From: Candidatus Binatia bacterium | Lineage (GTDB): Bacteria > Desulfobacterota > Binatia > HRBIN30 > CADEER01 | Assembly: GCA_050176585.1 (NCBI GenBank) | Contig: JBFXHX010000024.1 | Span: forward strand, 191 to 64,190 | Length of the DNA: 64,000 nt | Direction: 5' to 3' | Made by a program: the position numbers and the translations under genes | Shown: piece after piece, positions 1 to 10,384 of the stretch | Layout: every line of letters starts with the position of its first letter | Numbering within the stretch: position 1 is the first letter of the stretch | Notes under the pieces: generated by a model | What the model was told of the DNA's origin: nothing | Databases searched by the model: none | What the model saw: the letters and a program-made list of their open reading frames with translations, nothing else

Positions 1-394
1 GGTTGCGGTCGCTGCCGGGCTGCCGGTTGCCGTCGCGGTGGCCGGTTGTGCCGTCGCTGTGCTGGTCGCCGCGGGACTGCCCGTCGCGGTTGCGGTCGCT
101 GCCGGGCTGCCGGTTGCCGTCGCGGTGGCCGGTTGTGCCGTCGCCGTGCTGGTCGCCGCGGGACTGCCCGTCGCGGTTGCGGTCGCTGCCGGGCTGCCCG
201 TCGCCGTTGCGGTGGCCGCTGGGCTGCCGGTTGCAGTCGCGGTGGCCGGTTGGGTGGTGGCCGTGCTCGTAGCGGCCGGGCTGCCCGTCGCGGTCTCTGT
301 AGCCTCAGGAGTCTCCGTAGCTTCAGGAGTCTCCGTAGCTTCAGGAGTCTCCGTAGGCTCAGGAGTCTCCGTAGCCTCAGGAGTCTCCGTAGCC
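1..394. repeat. Intragenic tandem repeats: ~87-nt unit x~3 (1-270) and 18-nt unit TCAGGAGTCTCCGTAGCC x5 (305-394)
   Basis: Direct reading: near-identical 87-nt blocks start at 1, 88 and 175; five perfect or near-perfect 18-nt units at 305-394. They encode TA-rich and TETPEA repeats on the minus strand. Confidence 0.85.
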
Positions 395-813
395 GTTACT
401 GTAACGGCTGCGCTGCTCGTTGCCGTCGGCGTAGCTGTGGGCGGCACGGCGGTGGCGGTAAAGGTCGCCGTAGGCGTGAAGACGCCCGGCGCTACGACGG
501 GCCGGAAACATAGCAACCCCGTGATCCGGCTGCTCGCAAACGGGCACCGCGGCTGCGGCCCGCTCAGCGGCGTGAGGCTCAGATCGCACAGAAACGAGCG
601 CTGAGTTTTGCCCGTGACGCAACGCAGAGCCTGATCGCACGCTGCGCCGGTGGAAAACGATGTCGTGACGCATGCCGTCGCGACATTGTTGTAGGGGCAC
701 AGGAACCCGACGGCGTTTGGCCTGACGGTATACGCGCAGACGTCCCCGAATGCCGCGCTGGCCAGCACGAGCGTTGTCAGACAGGCAACGATACTACCGA
801 CGATGGGCCGCAT
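1..813 (-). CDS. Secreted Cys-rich protein with Thr/Pro/Ala-rich tandem-repeat region (3' part runs off window)
   Basis: Minus-strand ATG at 813..811 preceded by GAGGAGGA; open in frame to position 1 with no stop. Predicted N-terminus MRPIVGSIVACLTTLVLASAAFG (signal peptide), then a ~110-aa domain with 8 Cys, then (TETPEA)x5 and degenerate ~29-aa ATATATGSPAAT-type repeats. Not listed in the ORF track because no stop lies in the window. Confidence 0.6.
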   Translation of the reverse strand, partial: MRPIVGSIVACLTTLVLASAAFGDVCAYTVRPNAVGFLCPYNNVATACVTTSFSTGAACDQALRCVTGKTQRSFLCDLSLTPLSGPQPRCPFASSRITGLLCFRPVVAPGVFTPTATFTATAVPPTATPTATSSAAVTVTATETPEATETPEPTETPEATETPEATETPEATETATGSPAATSTATTQPATATATGSPAATATATGSPAATATATGSPAATSTATAQPATATATGSPAATATATGSPAATSTATAQPATATATGSPAATAT

Positions 814-1629
814 AAGCTGATCCTCCTCACGGAACTTCTCGCTACCGCAGCTCCGCTGTCGCCCGTCTTGCCGCATGGGTTGACTGCACTACCCCATTAG
901 ACGAGACGCGCACTTGTGATTTTTTAGCGCTGATCGACACGTGATTTCGTCTTGAAGACCAGAACGACAAAACGCTACCATTCAGTCCGAAAACCGCTAG
1001 TGGACTCAGCGAATTTATTTCGCCGCCGCGAATCGCTCGCCCGCCTCGGCCAACGACCAATTGACGAGCGGAAGCGGGATGAGGCGGCCGCCCGGTTTCC
1101 GCATGCACAGAACGACCATGCGACCGGCGATCGCGACGCACTGATCTAGGCGGCGTACGACGGAGGTGCCGCTTGCCGCATACACAACTGGGTGGCGCAG
1201 CACCTCGCCACGAACCACACTGGAAGCTCGAATGAGCGGCCCGCATGGAGGGCTCCTCCACTGCAGCACCTCACTTAGCGCACGAGCACTTTTGACTTCG
1301 AGCAGCTGGCCCTATCACGCCGCTTCCACCTTGTAAATGAAATAAAGCAGCGGATTGAGAGGCGATTTTTAGCGTGACTAACTCCTTCCCCGCGTGCAAA
1401 CGGCACAACGTGACAACGCCAGGGCTGCCGGCCGATCAATTCAGCGGGGCGGAGTGATCGCGCGGGACGCGATCAGGCAGCGCGGCGGGCCGCATCGGAT
1501 GGGCCAGGCGGAACCACGCCATCCTCGATCCAGACCGGTTCAGCCGGGCGCCACTGATGACACCGGTTCGGCTTATCTGTTGGCCTCGATCGCCGCGCGA
1601 GCGGCGCGCTGGGCGAGGACGCGTGGCGC

Positions 1630-2001
1630 TTATGGGCGCGCGCCGAGCGCACGCCGCAACGGCGGTTCGTATACGTTTTCCGGGTGAGCGGCGAAACAGG
1701 TGTCGGTGTTTTCTTGGCACATGACCACGTATGTGGCCTTGCTGTCGCACCCTTGCACGCCAATCGTGTACTCGAGGCGCGTGAGCCCGCTGACCCAGGG
1801 TCCCTGCACTGCGGGTTCGATGTAATCCTGCGAGAGCACGGTGGCGGTCGCGGAAGGGCAATTGAGGTCGAATCGGCCCCGCTGAAGCGCCACCTGCACA
1901 GCCGCATTTTGCTTCTGGCCGAGCTGCTGTTGCTGACTGGCACAACCCACCGCCGTCAGCGTTGCTGCACTGCAGGCGAGGAACGCCCATCGGCTCAACA
2001 T
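1630..2001 (-). CDS. Small exported (lipo)protein with four Cys, hypothetical
   Basis: ATG at 2001 with GGAGGTG 6 nt upstream. N-terminus MLSRWAFLACSAATLTAVGC- is lipobox-like. High GC3. The ORF-track ORF 1630..2133 carries an unsupported N-terminal extension. Confidence 0.55.
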   Translation of the reverse strand: MLSRWAFLACSAATLTAVGCASQQQQLGQKQNAAVQVALQRGRFDLNCPSATATVLSQDYIEPAVQGPWVSGLTRLEYTIGVQGCDSKATYVVMCQENTDTCFAAHPENVYEPPLRRALGARP

Positions 2002-2185
2002 ATCGTCACCTCCGCCTTCGGCCGTGTGGCCTCGCTTTGCCGGATTTGACGTCATGTGCGCAAGCGTTCGCGACCCGCGAGCGCGCACTTGGCAGTGCAG
2101 ATCCATGCCCCAGCGCTTTGCTTGTCGGGGCAAACGTGCTTAACGCCTGCGACCGCCAACACTATCCGCCACTGGAGGGACGCTC

Positions 2186-2476
2186 ATGCTCACACGCCTG
2201 CTGGCCATCGCTGCCATACCCGCCCTGATCGCCGCGATCGCGCTTACCGCGTTCGCGGATGACGCCAAACCTTCTGGAGCCGGCGCCGCTGACGCGAAAG
2301 CGTCGGGGACGATCGTCGCGGTCGAGGAGGCGACGATGAATATCAAAGGCGCGGACGGGAAGACGTACGAGGTCAAGGTCGTCGACGCGGTCGCCGAAGA
2401 CCTACAGACCGGCGACATCGTCGAGTACGAGTTGGTCGAAGGGCGCCCGGTAAATGTGAAAAAGAAGGCAAAGTAG
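2186..2476 (+). CDS. Small secreted protein (96 aa), hypothetical
   Basis: GGAGGGA RBS 6 nt upstream of the ATG. N-terminal signal peptide MLTRLLAIAAIPALIAAIALTAFA. Lys-rich C-terminus. Confidence 0.6.
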   Translation: MLTRLLAIAAIPALIAAIALTAFADDAKPSGAGAADAKASGTIVAVEEATMNIKGADGKTYEVKVVDAVAEDLQTGDIVEYELVEGRPVNVKKKAK

Positions 2477-2795
2477 CGCACCCAGCGACTTGGGCCTACG
2501 CCGCCGTGGCGGTGCGCCAGCCCTTCGACGCAGCGCCTGGCACGGCGCCGGCTGGCCGTTCTGCGCCGCGTCAGGCAGAGCGGGGGCGACTGCTCGGTGC
2601 ACGGCGGGACGGGCGCAGCGCGCACCGTGGCCGGATGATCCCCGCCATGGCCGAGCTTGCCTTGCGCGGTGCGCCGCCACGGGCTCGACGCGGCGGCATG
2701 AATCAGCCGTGGCGCGCGGCGGTTCGTGAAGCGCTCGGTTGGGCGATCCGCATGCGCCGCGCGGTGATTAGCCCAAAGCGCCCCGCAGAGCGAGT

Positions 2796-3002
2796 CTAAG
2801 CAGCCGTTTCTTCGCCCTTGAAGCCGATTTTGGAATGCGTTCCATCGCAGAACGGCTTGCCCGCCGACGCTCCGCACCGGCACAGATATATAGTGTCGAC
2901 CTGCGCGGCCGGGTGAGCATTCTGCTTGTAGTCCATTACATTTACGCGCCCCTTCACCTCGTACGGCCCATTCTTGAGCGCCTTGATGACGACGTCGGCC
3001 AT
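2796..3002 (-). CDS. CDGSH iron-sulfur domain protein (68 aa)
   Basis: ATG at 3002 with GGGGAGGG RBS. Motif CRCGASAGKPFCDGTHS matches the CDGSH-type [2Fe-2S] signature (C-x-C-x2-S-x3-P-x-CDG-x-H). Divergent from sucA. Confidence 0.8.
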   Translation of the reverse strand: MADVVIKALKNGPYEVKGRVNVMDYKQNAHPAAQVDTIYLCRCGASAGKPFCDGTHSKIGFKGEETAA

Positions 3003-3191
3003 GGTATCCCTCCCCTGTTGGCAATGCCCGATGGCAGCTTGTAGCACGCGCGACAGGCGAGCCGACACAGCGAATTCGTAGGGGAACTGGTACGGAAACC
3101 TCGAACACGCATAGAACGGGGCCCTCGGGCGTGATTTGCCCTTTCCGTCTGATATGGTGGGGCTGAGGCCGCGCATGGGAGGCGCGGCGGC

Positions 3192-5903
3192 ATGGATCTT
3201 GACGCCGTTTTACGTACGAATCCGGACTACATAGACGAACTCTATCGCCGGTACCGCCGCGACCCAGCTTCGGTCGGGGCGGATTGGGCCCACTTCTTCG
3301 CTGGCTTCGAGCTGGGGGTGGACGGCCGAGGTCCGACCGCAGCCGCGACGTCGGACGGCGTGGGCGACCTCATCCACACGTACCGCGAGTTCGGTCACTT
3401 AATCGCCGACCTCAACCCCCTCCAGGCACCCGCCTCCGAGCACCCGCTCCTCGATCCGAAGGAGTTCGGCTTCACCGAGGCGGACCTGGACCGGGTCGTC
3501 CAGTGCCCGACGTTCCGCCGTCAGCCACAGGCGACCTTGCGCGAGCTGATCGCGCTCCTCCGCGCCACCTACTGCCGGACCATCGGGGTTGAGTACACGT
3601 ACATCGCCGACAAAGCGCAGCGCGATTGGCTTACGGACCGCATGGAGCCGAGTCTCAATCAGCCCGATCTGACGGCGGAGGATCGACGGCACCTGCTCAC
3701 CCGGCTAGTGGCAGCTACCGGGTTCGAGGAGTTTCTGCACGTCAAGTACATCGGCCAGAAGCGCTTCTCCCTCGAAGGCGCGGAGGCGTTGATTCCGCTG
3801 CTCGACACGCTCGTCGAGCGCGCCGGGGACAACGAGGTGAAGGAGATCGTGATGGCGATGGCGCATCGCGGTCGCCTGAACGTGCTCACACATATCCTCG
3901 GCAAGCCCTACGAGATGATCCTCGCGGAGTTCGAGGGCACGTTCCTGCCCGCGGACATCCAGGGTGACGGGGACGTCAAATACCACCTCGGGTACGCTCG
4001 GGATTACATCACGCGGGCCGGGCGCACGGTGCACGTCTCTCTGCTGTCGAACCCGAGCCACCTCGAGGCCGTGAACCCCGTCGCTGAAGGCATCGTGCGC
4101 GCCAAGCACATGGCCCGGCGCGATACGATCGGCGCGACCGCCATGCCGCTGCTGATCCACGGCGATGCGGCATTCACAGGCCAAGGCGTGGTCGGCGAGA
4201 CGCTATCCCTCTGCCAACTCCGCCCGTATCGCACCGGCGGAACCGTGCACGTGATCGTCGACAACCAAGTGGGCTTCACCGAGCGCCCCCCCGATTATCG
4301 GCCAACGCGGTATGCGAGCGATGTCGCCAACATCATCCAGGCGCCGATCTTCCACGTGAATGGGAACGATCCCGAGGCAGCCGTGCAAGCGGCGCGCCTG
4401 GCGGCGGATTTCCGCCGCGACTTTCGGGCCGACGTCATCATCAACTTGATCTGCTATCGGCGCCACGGCCACAACGAAGCCGACGACCCGACCATGACCC
4501 AGCCGAGCATGTACCGGCGCATCGCGGAGCTGCCGCCGCTGCGCGACGTCTATGCGGCGCGCATGATCGAGGGCGGGGTCGTCGAAGCGAGCGAAGCCGA
4601 GCGCCTCAAGCAGGAGCTGCGCGAGGTGTTGGATGCCGCCCACGAGTACGCACGCGACTTCATGCCGCGCCAGCATGTCTTCGCACTGGGCGGCCTCTGG
4701 AAGGGACTGACCTGGGCAGGGGACGACTGGAGCGCACAGACGAGCGTCCCGCGCGAACGCCTCGAACAGATCGCCGTAGCCGCTGCCCGTACGCCGGAGG
4801 GATTTCAGACGCATCCGAAGCAGCGCCGCGTGCTCGATGAACGCGTGGCGGCGGTGCGCAGCGGCCGCAACATCGATTGGGCGTGCGCCGAGATGCTGGC
4901 GTTTGGTTCGCTGCTCCTCGAAGGCACGAACGTGCGGCTCGCCGGACAGGACAGTGGACGCGGGACGTTCAGCCAGCGCCATGCCGTGCTCACCGACCAT
5001 ACGAACGACGCGCGTCATGTGCCGCTGCAGCACCTCTCGTCCGACCAGGGCTGGTGCGAGATTATCGATTCGATGCTGTCCGAAGAAGCGGTGCTCGGAT
5101 ACGAGTACGGCTTCAGCTCGGCCGACCCGCGCAACCTGGTGCTCTGGGAAGCGCAGTTCGGCGACTTCGCCAACGGCGCACAGGTGATGATCGATCAGTT
5201 CATCAGCTCGGCCGAGTCCAAGTGGCAGCGCATGAGCGGTATCGTGCTGCTGCTGCCGCACGGTTACGAGGGACAAGGGCCCGAGCACAGCAGCGCCCGC
5301 CTCGAGCGCTATCTCGAGCTCAGCGCCGACATGAACTGGCAAGTCTGCAATCTGACCACGCCGGCGCAGTATTTTCACGCGCTCCGGCGCCAGATTCACC
5401 GCAACTTTCGCAAACCCCTGGTCGTGATGAGCCCGAAGAGCTTGTTGCGGCACAAGATGGCCGTCTCTGACATCGACGCGTTCACGAACGGTACGTTTCA
5501 GACCGTCCTGCCGGAGACCGGCATCAGCGACCAGGCCGCCGTGCGCCGGGTGCTCTTGTGCAGCGGAAAGATCTACTACGAGCTGCTCGCGGCTCGTGAG
5601 CAGCGCGAGATCAACGACATCGCCATCGTGCGCGTCGAGCAACTGTATCCGTTTCCCGTCGAGGAGCTGCGCAGCGCGCTGGCTCCCTTCACGGCGGCAC
5701 CCGACGTGTATTGGGTCCAGGAAGAGCCCTGGAACATGGGCGCGTGGCATTTCATGGCTGCGCGGCTGCCGCGCGTGCTCGGTGAGCGCAAGGCGCGCTA
5801 CGTCGGTCGGGACGAGGCGGCGAGCCCGGCGACTGGATCGTACAAGATTCATCAGAGCGAGCAGTCAGCCGTCGTCGACCGCGCGCTGAGGAAGGCGCCA
5901 TGA
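3192..5903 (+). CDS. sucA: 2-oxoglutarate dehydrogenase E1 component
   Basis: 903 aa. Conserved E1o blocks: [71 protein letters not shown]. Confidence 0.95.
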   Translation: MDLDAVLRTNPDYIDELYRRYRRDPASVGADWAHFFAGFELGVDGRGPTAAATSDGVGDLIHTYREFGHLIADLNPLQAPASEHPLLDPKEFGFTEADLDRVVQCPTFRRQPQATLRELIALLRATYCRTIGVEYTYIADKAQRDWLTDRMEPSLNQPDLTAEDRRHLLTRLVAATGFEEFLHVKYIGQKRFSLEGAEALIPLLDTLVERAGDNEVKEIVMAMAHRGRLNVLTHILGKPYEMILAEFEGTFLPADIQGDGDVKYHLGYARDYITRAGRTVHVSLLSNPSHLEAVNPVAEGIVRAKHMARRDTIGATAMPLLIHGDAAFTGQGVVGETLSLCQLRPYRTGGTVHVIVDNQVGFTERPPDYRPTRYASDVANIIQAPIFHVNGNDPEAAVQAARLAADFRRDFRADVIINLICYRRHGHNEADDPTMTQPSMYRRIAELPPLRDVYAARMIEGGVVEASEAERLKQELREVLDAAHEYARDFMPRQHVFALGGLWKGLTWAGDDWSAQTSVPRERLEQIAVAAARTPEGFQTHPKQRRVLDERVAAVRSGRNIDWACAEMLAFGSLLLEGTNVRLAGQDSGRGTFSQRHAVLTDHTNDARHVPLQHLSSDQGWCEIIDSMLSEEAVLGYEYGFSSADPRNLVLWEAQFGDFANGAQVMIDQFISSAESKWQRMSGIVLLLPHGYEGQGPEHSSARLERYLELSADMNWQVCNLTTPAQYFHALRRQIHRNFRKPLVVMSPKSLLRHKMAVSDIDAFTNGTFQTVLPETGISDQAAVRRVLLCSGKIYYELLAAREQREINDIAIVRVEQLYPFPVEELRSALAPFTAAPDVYWVQEEPWNMGAWHFMAARLPRVLGERKARYVGRDEAASPATGSYKIHQSEQSAVVDRALRKAP

Positions 5904-7243
5904 CCGTGGACGTACAGATCCCCCCGCTGGGCGAGTCGGTTTCCGAAGGGGTGATCGTCCGCTGGATCAAGTCCGATGGCGACCGCGTCAGCGCGGATGA
6001 ACCGCTCTTCGAGCTCGAAACCGACAAGGCCAGCGTCGAGATACCGGCACCGAGCGCGGGCGTGCTGGCCGTTTTGGCCAAGGAGGGCCAGGCGGTGCGC
6101 GCCGGCGAGGTGGTCGCGCGCATTGACCCGAACGGCGCATCGGCCAAAGCCGACGGGGCGAAGACCGCCCGGCCGGCGTCCACACCGTCCAGCACAGCGG
6201 CTGCTCCAGCATCCGTGAAGCCCGCGGTCGCACCGGAACCCAGACCACCAGCGGCAGCGACAGCGCCCCCGACACGAGAGAGCGCGCCGGCATCCGCGAC
6301 CAGCGCAGCGCCAGGTGCGGCCGCGGCGACGGAACTGTCACCCGCGGTGCGCCGTCTGGTGGAGGAGCACGCTCTGGATCCCAGACGCATCGCCGGCACG
6401 GGGAAAGGTGGCCGGCTGACCAAGGCCGACGTGCTCGAGCACGTAGGAGCGCGACAGCGGGCGGAGGATGCGGGCGCGCAAGAGGCCCCGCGACCGCCGA
6501 CGCCCTATGCGCGCCCCGAGATGCCCAGCGCGCCGCCGGCCGCCGACGAGGTCGAACGGGTGCCAATGAGCCGCCTGCGCCAGCGCATCGCGGCGCGCCT
6601 GCGTCAGGCACAAGCGACAGCGGCGATCCTGACGACCTTCAACGAGATCGACATGAGCGCCGTTACAGAGCTGCGAGCGCGCTTCAAGTCGCGCTTCGCC
6701 GAGGTGCATGGCGTGCCGCTCGGCTTCATGTCGTTCTTCGCCCGCGCCTGCATCTCCGCGCTCCGCGAGGTGCCGGCGATCAATGCTCAGATCGACGGCA
6801 CGGACATCGTGTACCACCAGCGCGTGCACCTAGGGGTGGCAGTCGGCACCGGGCGCGGGCTGGTGGTCCCCGTCGTGCGCAACGCCGACCAACTCGACTT
6901 CGCGGCGCTGGAGCGCGAGATCGCACGCCTCGCCGGCCTGGCGCGCGACAACAAGCTTTCCATCGATGATCTGAACGGCGGTACCTTCACGATCTCCAAT
7001 GGCGGCATCTACGGTTCGCTGCTGTCGACGCCGATCCTGAACCCGCCGCAGAGCGCGATTCTCGGCATGCACAAGATTGAGAAGCGGCCCGTCGTCGTGG
7101 ATGATCAGATCACCATCCGCCCGATGATGTACGTCGCGCTCTCGTACGATCACCGGCTCATCGACGGCGCCGAGGCAGTCACATTCCTCGTGAAGGTCAA
7201 GGAGCGCCTCGAAGACCCGAGCCGCATGCTGCTCGGCGTCTGA
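5900..7243 (+). CDS. sucB: Dihydrolipoyllysine-residue succinyltransferase (E2o)
   Basis: ATGA overlap with the sucA stop. Lipoyl domain ([13 protein letters not shown]), Pro/Ala-rich linker, E3-binding domain, catalytic domain with DHRLIDG. Confidence 0.95.
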   Translation: MTVDVQIPPLGESVSEGVIVRWIKSDGDRVSADEPLFELETDKASVEIPAPSAGVLAVLAKEGQAVRAGEVVARIDPNGASAKADGAKTARPASTPSSTAAAPASVKPAVAPEPRPPAAATAPPTRESAPASATSAAPGAAAATELSPAVRRLVEEHALDPRRIAGTGKGGRLTKADVLEHVGARQRAEDAGAQEAPRPPTPYARPEMPSAPPAADEVERVPMSRLRQRIAARLRQAQATAAILTTFNEIDMSAVTELRARFKSRFAEVHGVPLGFMSFFARACISALREVPAINAQIDGTDIVYHQRVHLGVAVGTGRGLVVPVVRNADQLDFAALEREIARLAGLARDNKLSIDDLNGGTFTISNGGIYGSLLSTPILNPPQSAILGMHKIEKRPVVVDDQITIRPMMYVALSYDHRLIDGAEAVTFLVKVKERLEDPSRMLLGV

Positions 7244-7251
7244 CCCGACCG

Positions 7252-7273
7252 GCGCGGGCCGGCGCGCCCGCGC
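7252..7273 (+). promoter_or_regulatory. GC-rich hairpin (8-bp stem GCGCGGGC / GCCCGCGC, 6-nt loop) between sucB and lpd
   Basis: Direct reading of 7249-7275, 9 nt after the sucB stop and ~12 nt before the lpd ATG. Could be an attenuator or RNA-processing hairpin. No U-tract. Confidence 0.35.
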
Positions 7274-7284
7274 GGAGCTCCCCT

Positions 7285-8682
7285 ATGCCTGCAACTCCCT
7301 ACGATCTCGTCGTGATCGGCGCCGGTCCCGGCGGATACATCGCCGCGATCCGCGCCGCACAGCTCGGCATGCGCGTGGCCTGCGTCGATAAAGACCCGAG
7401 CCTCGGCGGCACCTGCCTCAATGTGGGCTGCATCCCGAGCAAAGCGCTCCTCGACTCGAGCGAACGCTACTACCAAGCGGCGCACGACCTGGCAGCGCAC
7501 GGAATTCGCGTCAATGGAATCGGCCTCGATATCCAAACCATGCTGGCGCGCAAGGATCAGGTCGTCAAAACGTTGACGCGCGGCATCGCCAGCCTGTTTC
7601 GCAAGCACCGCATCAGCACCGTGACTGGCGTCGGCCGTCTGGTGGGTGCGGGTCGGGTCGAAGTGCACGGCAACGAGGTTCAGACGCTGGCCGCGGCCAA
7701 GATCCTGATCGCCTCGGGCAGCGCTCCGATCGAGCTCCCGAGCGCGCCCTTCGACGGCCAGCGGATCATCAGCTCGACCGAGGCACTGACGTTGACGGCG
7801 GTACCGAAGCGGATGATGGTGATTGGCGGTGGGGCGGTCGGGCTCGAGCTCGGCTCGGTGTGGTCCCGCCTGGGAGCCCAGGTGCTGGTAGTTGAGCTAC
7901 TCGATCGCGTCGTACCGGGCATGGATGAGCAACTGGCTGGCTTGCTCAAGCGCGCTCTGAAAAAGCAGGGCTTGGACTTTCGACTGCGCACCACTTTGCG
8001 GCGCGCCGCCGTCGAGGCCGACGGTGTGCTCGTCCAGCTATCTGCCGGCGACAGCGTGATCGAGGAACGCTGCGACGTACTCCTGGTGGCCGTCGGACGG
8101 CGCCCCTACACCGACGGACTCGGCCTGGAGACGATCGGCATCGAGCTGGATGAACGCGGCCGGATCCCCGTCGACGCACAGTTCGCGACCGCGGCGCGGG
8201 ACGTTTACGCCATCGGCGACGTCATCGCCGGGCCGATGCTGGCTCACAAAGCCGAAGAGGAAGGCGTGGCCGCGGTGGAACACATGGCCGGCATGCCCGG
8301 CCACGTAAATTACGAAGCCATCCCGAACATCGTGTACACAACGCCGGAACTGGCCAGCGTGGGCCTCACCGAAGAGGAAGCGCGGCGGCGCGGCTTCGAG
8401 CTCCGCGTCGGAGCGTTCCCATACGCCGCCAATGGACGCGCCCGCTGCATGGGCGAGACCGATGGAATGGTGAAGGTCGTCGCGGACGCGACCACCGATC
8501 GCGTGCTCGGCGTGCACATACTCGGGCCGCACGCTTCGGACGTGATCGGCGAGGCCGCCCTAGCCATGGAGTTCTCGGCCAGCGCTGAGGATATCGGACG
8601 CGCCGTGCACGCCCACCCCACGCTGTCGGAAGCGCTGAAGGAAGCGGCTTTGGCCGTAGACGGCCGGCCGCTGAGTATCTAG
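7285..8682 (+). CDS. lpdA: Dihydrolipoyl dehydrogenase (E3)
   Basis: 465 aa. FAD-binding GAGPGGY. Redox disulfide GGTCLNVGCIPSK. NAD-binding GGGAVGLE. C-terminal HAHPTLSE dimerisation motif. Confidence 0.95.
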   Translation: MPATPYDLVVIGAGPGGYIAAIRAAQLGMRVACVDKDPSLGGTCLNVGCIPSKALLDSSERYYQAAHDLAAHGIRVNGIGLDIQTMLARKDQVVKTLTRGIASLFRKHRISTVTGVGRLVGAGRVEVHGNEVQTLAAAKILIASGSAPIELPSAPFDGQRIISSTEALTLTAVPKRMMVIGGGAVGLELGSVWSRLGAQVLVVELLDRVVPGMDEQLAGLLKRALKKQGLDFRLRTTLRRAAVEADGVLVQLSAGDSVIEERCDVLLVAVGRRPYTDGLGLETIGIELDERGRIPVDAQFATAARDVYAIGDVIAGPMLAHKAEEEGVAAVEHMAGMPGHVNYEAIPNIVYTTPELASVGLTEEEARRRGFELRVGAFPYAANGRARCMGETDGMVKVVADATTDRVLGVHILGPHASDVIGEAALAMEFSASAEDIGRAVHAHPTLSEALKEAALAVDGRPLSI

Positions 8683-8693
8683 GCCGTTCGCAT

Positions 8694-8710
8694 GCCGCAT
8701 GCGATGCGGC
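8694..8710 (+). terminator. Hairpin GCCGCAT-gcg-ATGCGGC 12 nt after the lpd stop
   Basis: Perfect 7-bp inverted repeat with a 3-nt loop, located between the convergent lpd and 8777..9214 genes. No T-run, so if it terminates it may be factor-dependent or act bidirectionally. Confidence 0.3.
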
Positions 8711-8776
8711 CAGCCACCCGAGGGGGCTCGAGCCGGGCTGCGCAACCGGCCGAGCCAGACACTCACGCGGACGGCG

Positions 8777-9214
8777 TCAAGCTGCTTGGTGGACGAGCTC
8801 TTCTGGCTGGCCCGTGATCTGCGGCACTGCTCTCTTGATCGGAAGCGGGGACATTTCGCCGAGCAACTCGGCGCGCACCGACTCCGGGTTCAAGTTGAGC
8901 GCGTCACACAGGTTGACGAACGAATACGGCCACGACTGGTCTTCTGACGCGACCCATTCGTACGCTTCCCAATAGAGGCGCTGCTGGCGCCGGCGCGTAG
9001 CGAAGCGGAACCGCTGAAGATCCAATACCGCTTCCCAAAGAACCGCCAGAGCGAGCGCCCGCTCCGGGGAGATGGCGCGAGAGCGATGCCAGATATCTGC
9101 GAACTGCGTCGGCAGCGCGGCCTCGGGTACCAAGACGTCGTCCGACACCCCGGACCACATCCGCGGCACCCCATGACGAGTGCCACCGGCGGTTGCTGCT
9201 GCACGTTTGCTCAT
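8777..9214 (-). CDS. Hypothetical protein (145 aa), predicted alpha-helical, no recognised domain
   Basis: ORF with a GAGGAAG-like RBS. Convergent with lpd. No motif I can assign. Confidence 0.45.
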   Translation of the reverse strand: MSKRAAATAGGTRHGVPRMWSGVSDDVLVPEAALPTQFADIWHRSRAISPERALALAVLWEAVLDLQRFRFATRRRQQRLYWEAYEWVASEDQSWPYSFVNLCDALNLNPESVRAELLGEMSPLPIKRAVPQITGQPEELVHQAA

Positions 9215-9663
9215 AAGTCTTCCTCGATGTCTCCCAGTGAGTGAAATACTGAATTCTTATCATAGACGCAGGAGGTCCACAATGGTTTCGCGTCCACGGC
9301 TGTGGGAGGGCCGCCGGCGCGCGCTGCGGGCGCGGTCACCAGGAGCCCAGGTAAAGCCTGCCGAGGCTTCTTTATAACCACCCCGGCAGTGGTCCGCATC
9401 CGTCCGGCCGCGAAAAAGTTGACGCCCGGTCGAGAACGCCGTTTCTGGCCGAACTAGCGCACCGCCTAATCGCCCGCGACCACATCTCCGACCACAGCCT
9501 ATGTGGGCTCCCGACGTGCGACAGGACACTCTATTCAGCGGCTCGTACGCGCTCAGGCGTCCCGTTCACCGGGTCGGCCCGGCCCGCGAGATATACAGTT
9601 GACAACGCACGACGGCCTCCGCCAGTACTTGCAGCGAATCCAAGACGAAGGAGGTAAGGAATC

Positions 9664-10296
9664 ATGGCGATTCGCCTGGGAGATGTCGCACCGGATTTCA
9701 CCGCGCAAACCACGCAGGGCCCGGTCAAGTTCCACGAGTGGATCGGGAACAGCTGGGCGGTCCTGTTTTCACATCCGAAGGACTTCACCCCCGTGTGCAC
9801 CACCGAACTCGGCGAGGCGGCCCGCCTCAAGCCGGAATTTGACGAGCGCGGGGTCAAAATCATCGGGCTGAGCGTCGACCCCGCCGATTCCCACTCGAAG
9901 TGGGCCGAAGACATCCGGGAGACGCAGGGCCACGCGCTCAACTTCCCCGTGATCGCGGATGCGGATCGGAAGGTCTCGGACTTGTACGACATGATCCATC
10001 CGAACGCGAACGACACCTTGACGGTGCGCTCCGTGTTCATCATCGATCCCAACAAGAAGGTCCGCCTCGTGCTGACGTACCCCGCCAGCACCGGACGCAA
10101 CTTCGATGAGATCCTGCGCGTCATCGACTCGATGCAGCTGACCGATCGCCACAAAGTGGCCACGCCCGTGAACTGGACGTACGGACAGGACTGCATCATC
10201 GTCCCGGCACTGAGTGACGACGAGGCGAAACAGAAGTTTCCCGGCGGCTGGAAGACCCTCAAGCCGTATCTGCGCGTCGTACCGCAGCCGAAGTGA
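9664..10296 (+). CDS. 1-Cys peroxiredoxin (Prx6-type, AhpC/TSA family)
   Basis: Strong RBS GAAGGAGGTAAGG. Peroxidatic Cys motif FTPVCTTE. PVIADADRKVS and the C-terminal extension are typical of 1-Cys Prx. Confidence 0.9.
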   Translation: MAIRLGDVAPDFTAQTTQGPVKFHEWIGNSWAVLFSHPKDFTPVCTTELGEAARLKPEFDERGVKIIGLSVDPADSHSKWAEDIRETQGHALNFPVIADADRKVSDLYDMIHPNANDTLTVRSVFIIDPNKKVRLVLTYPASTGRNFDEILRVIDSMQLTDRHKVATPVNWTYGQDCIIVPALSDDEAKQKFPGGWKTLKPYLRVVPQPK

Positions 10297-10384
10297 CGCA
10301 GCATCTGCGGCGCGCGTGAAGCGGGCGCGCGCCCCGTCGCTCGGCGCATTCGCGCCCGGGCGAAAGAACCTCAGGCCGCGGCGA

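Noticed and set aside
3-604. Plus-strand ORFs (89, 188, 155 aa) inside the tandem-repeat region
   Set aside because: Repeat-driven open frames on the wrong strand. The minus-strand frame has the signal peptide, SD and continuous coding through the repeats.
4203-5852. 549-aa minus-strand ORF fully inside sucA
   Set aside because: Antisense shadow ORF typical of ~70% GC DNA. sucA on the plus strand has an unambiguous conserved E1o sequence; the antisense translation has no motifs.
9282-9377. 31-codon ORF (MVSRPRLWEGRRR...) with a perfect GGAGG RBS in the 450-bp region upstream of the peroxiredoxin gene
   Set aside because: Arg-rich, low-complexity, no conservation evidence. Could be a leader peptide but more likely chance; not reported as a feature.
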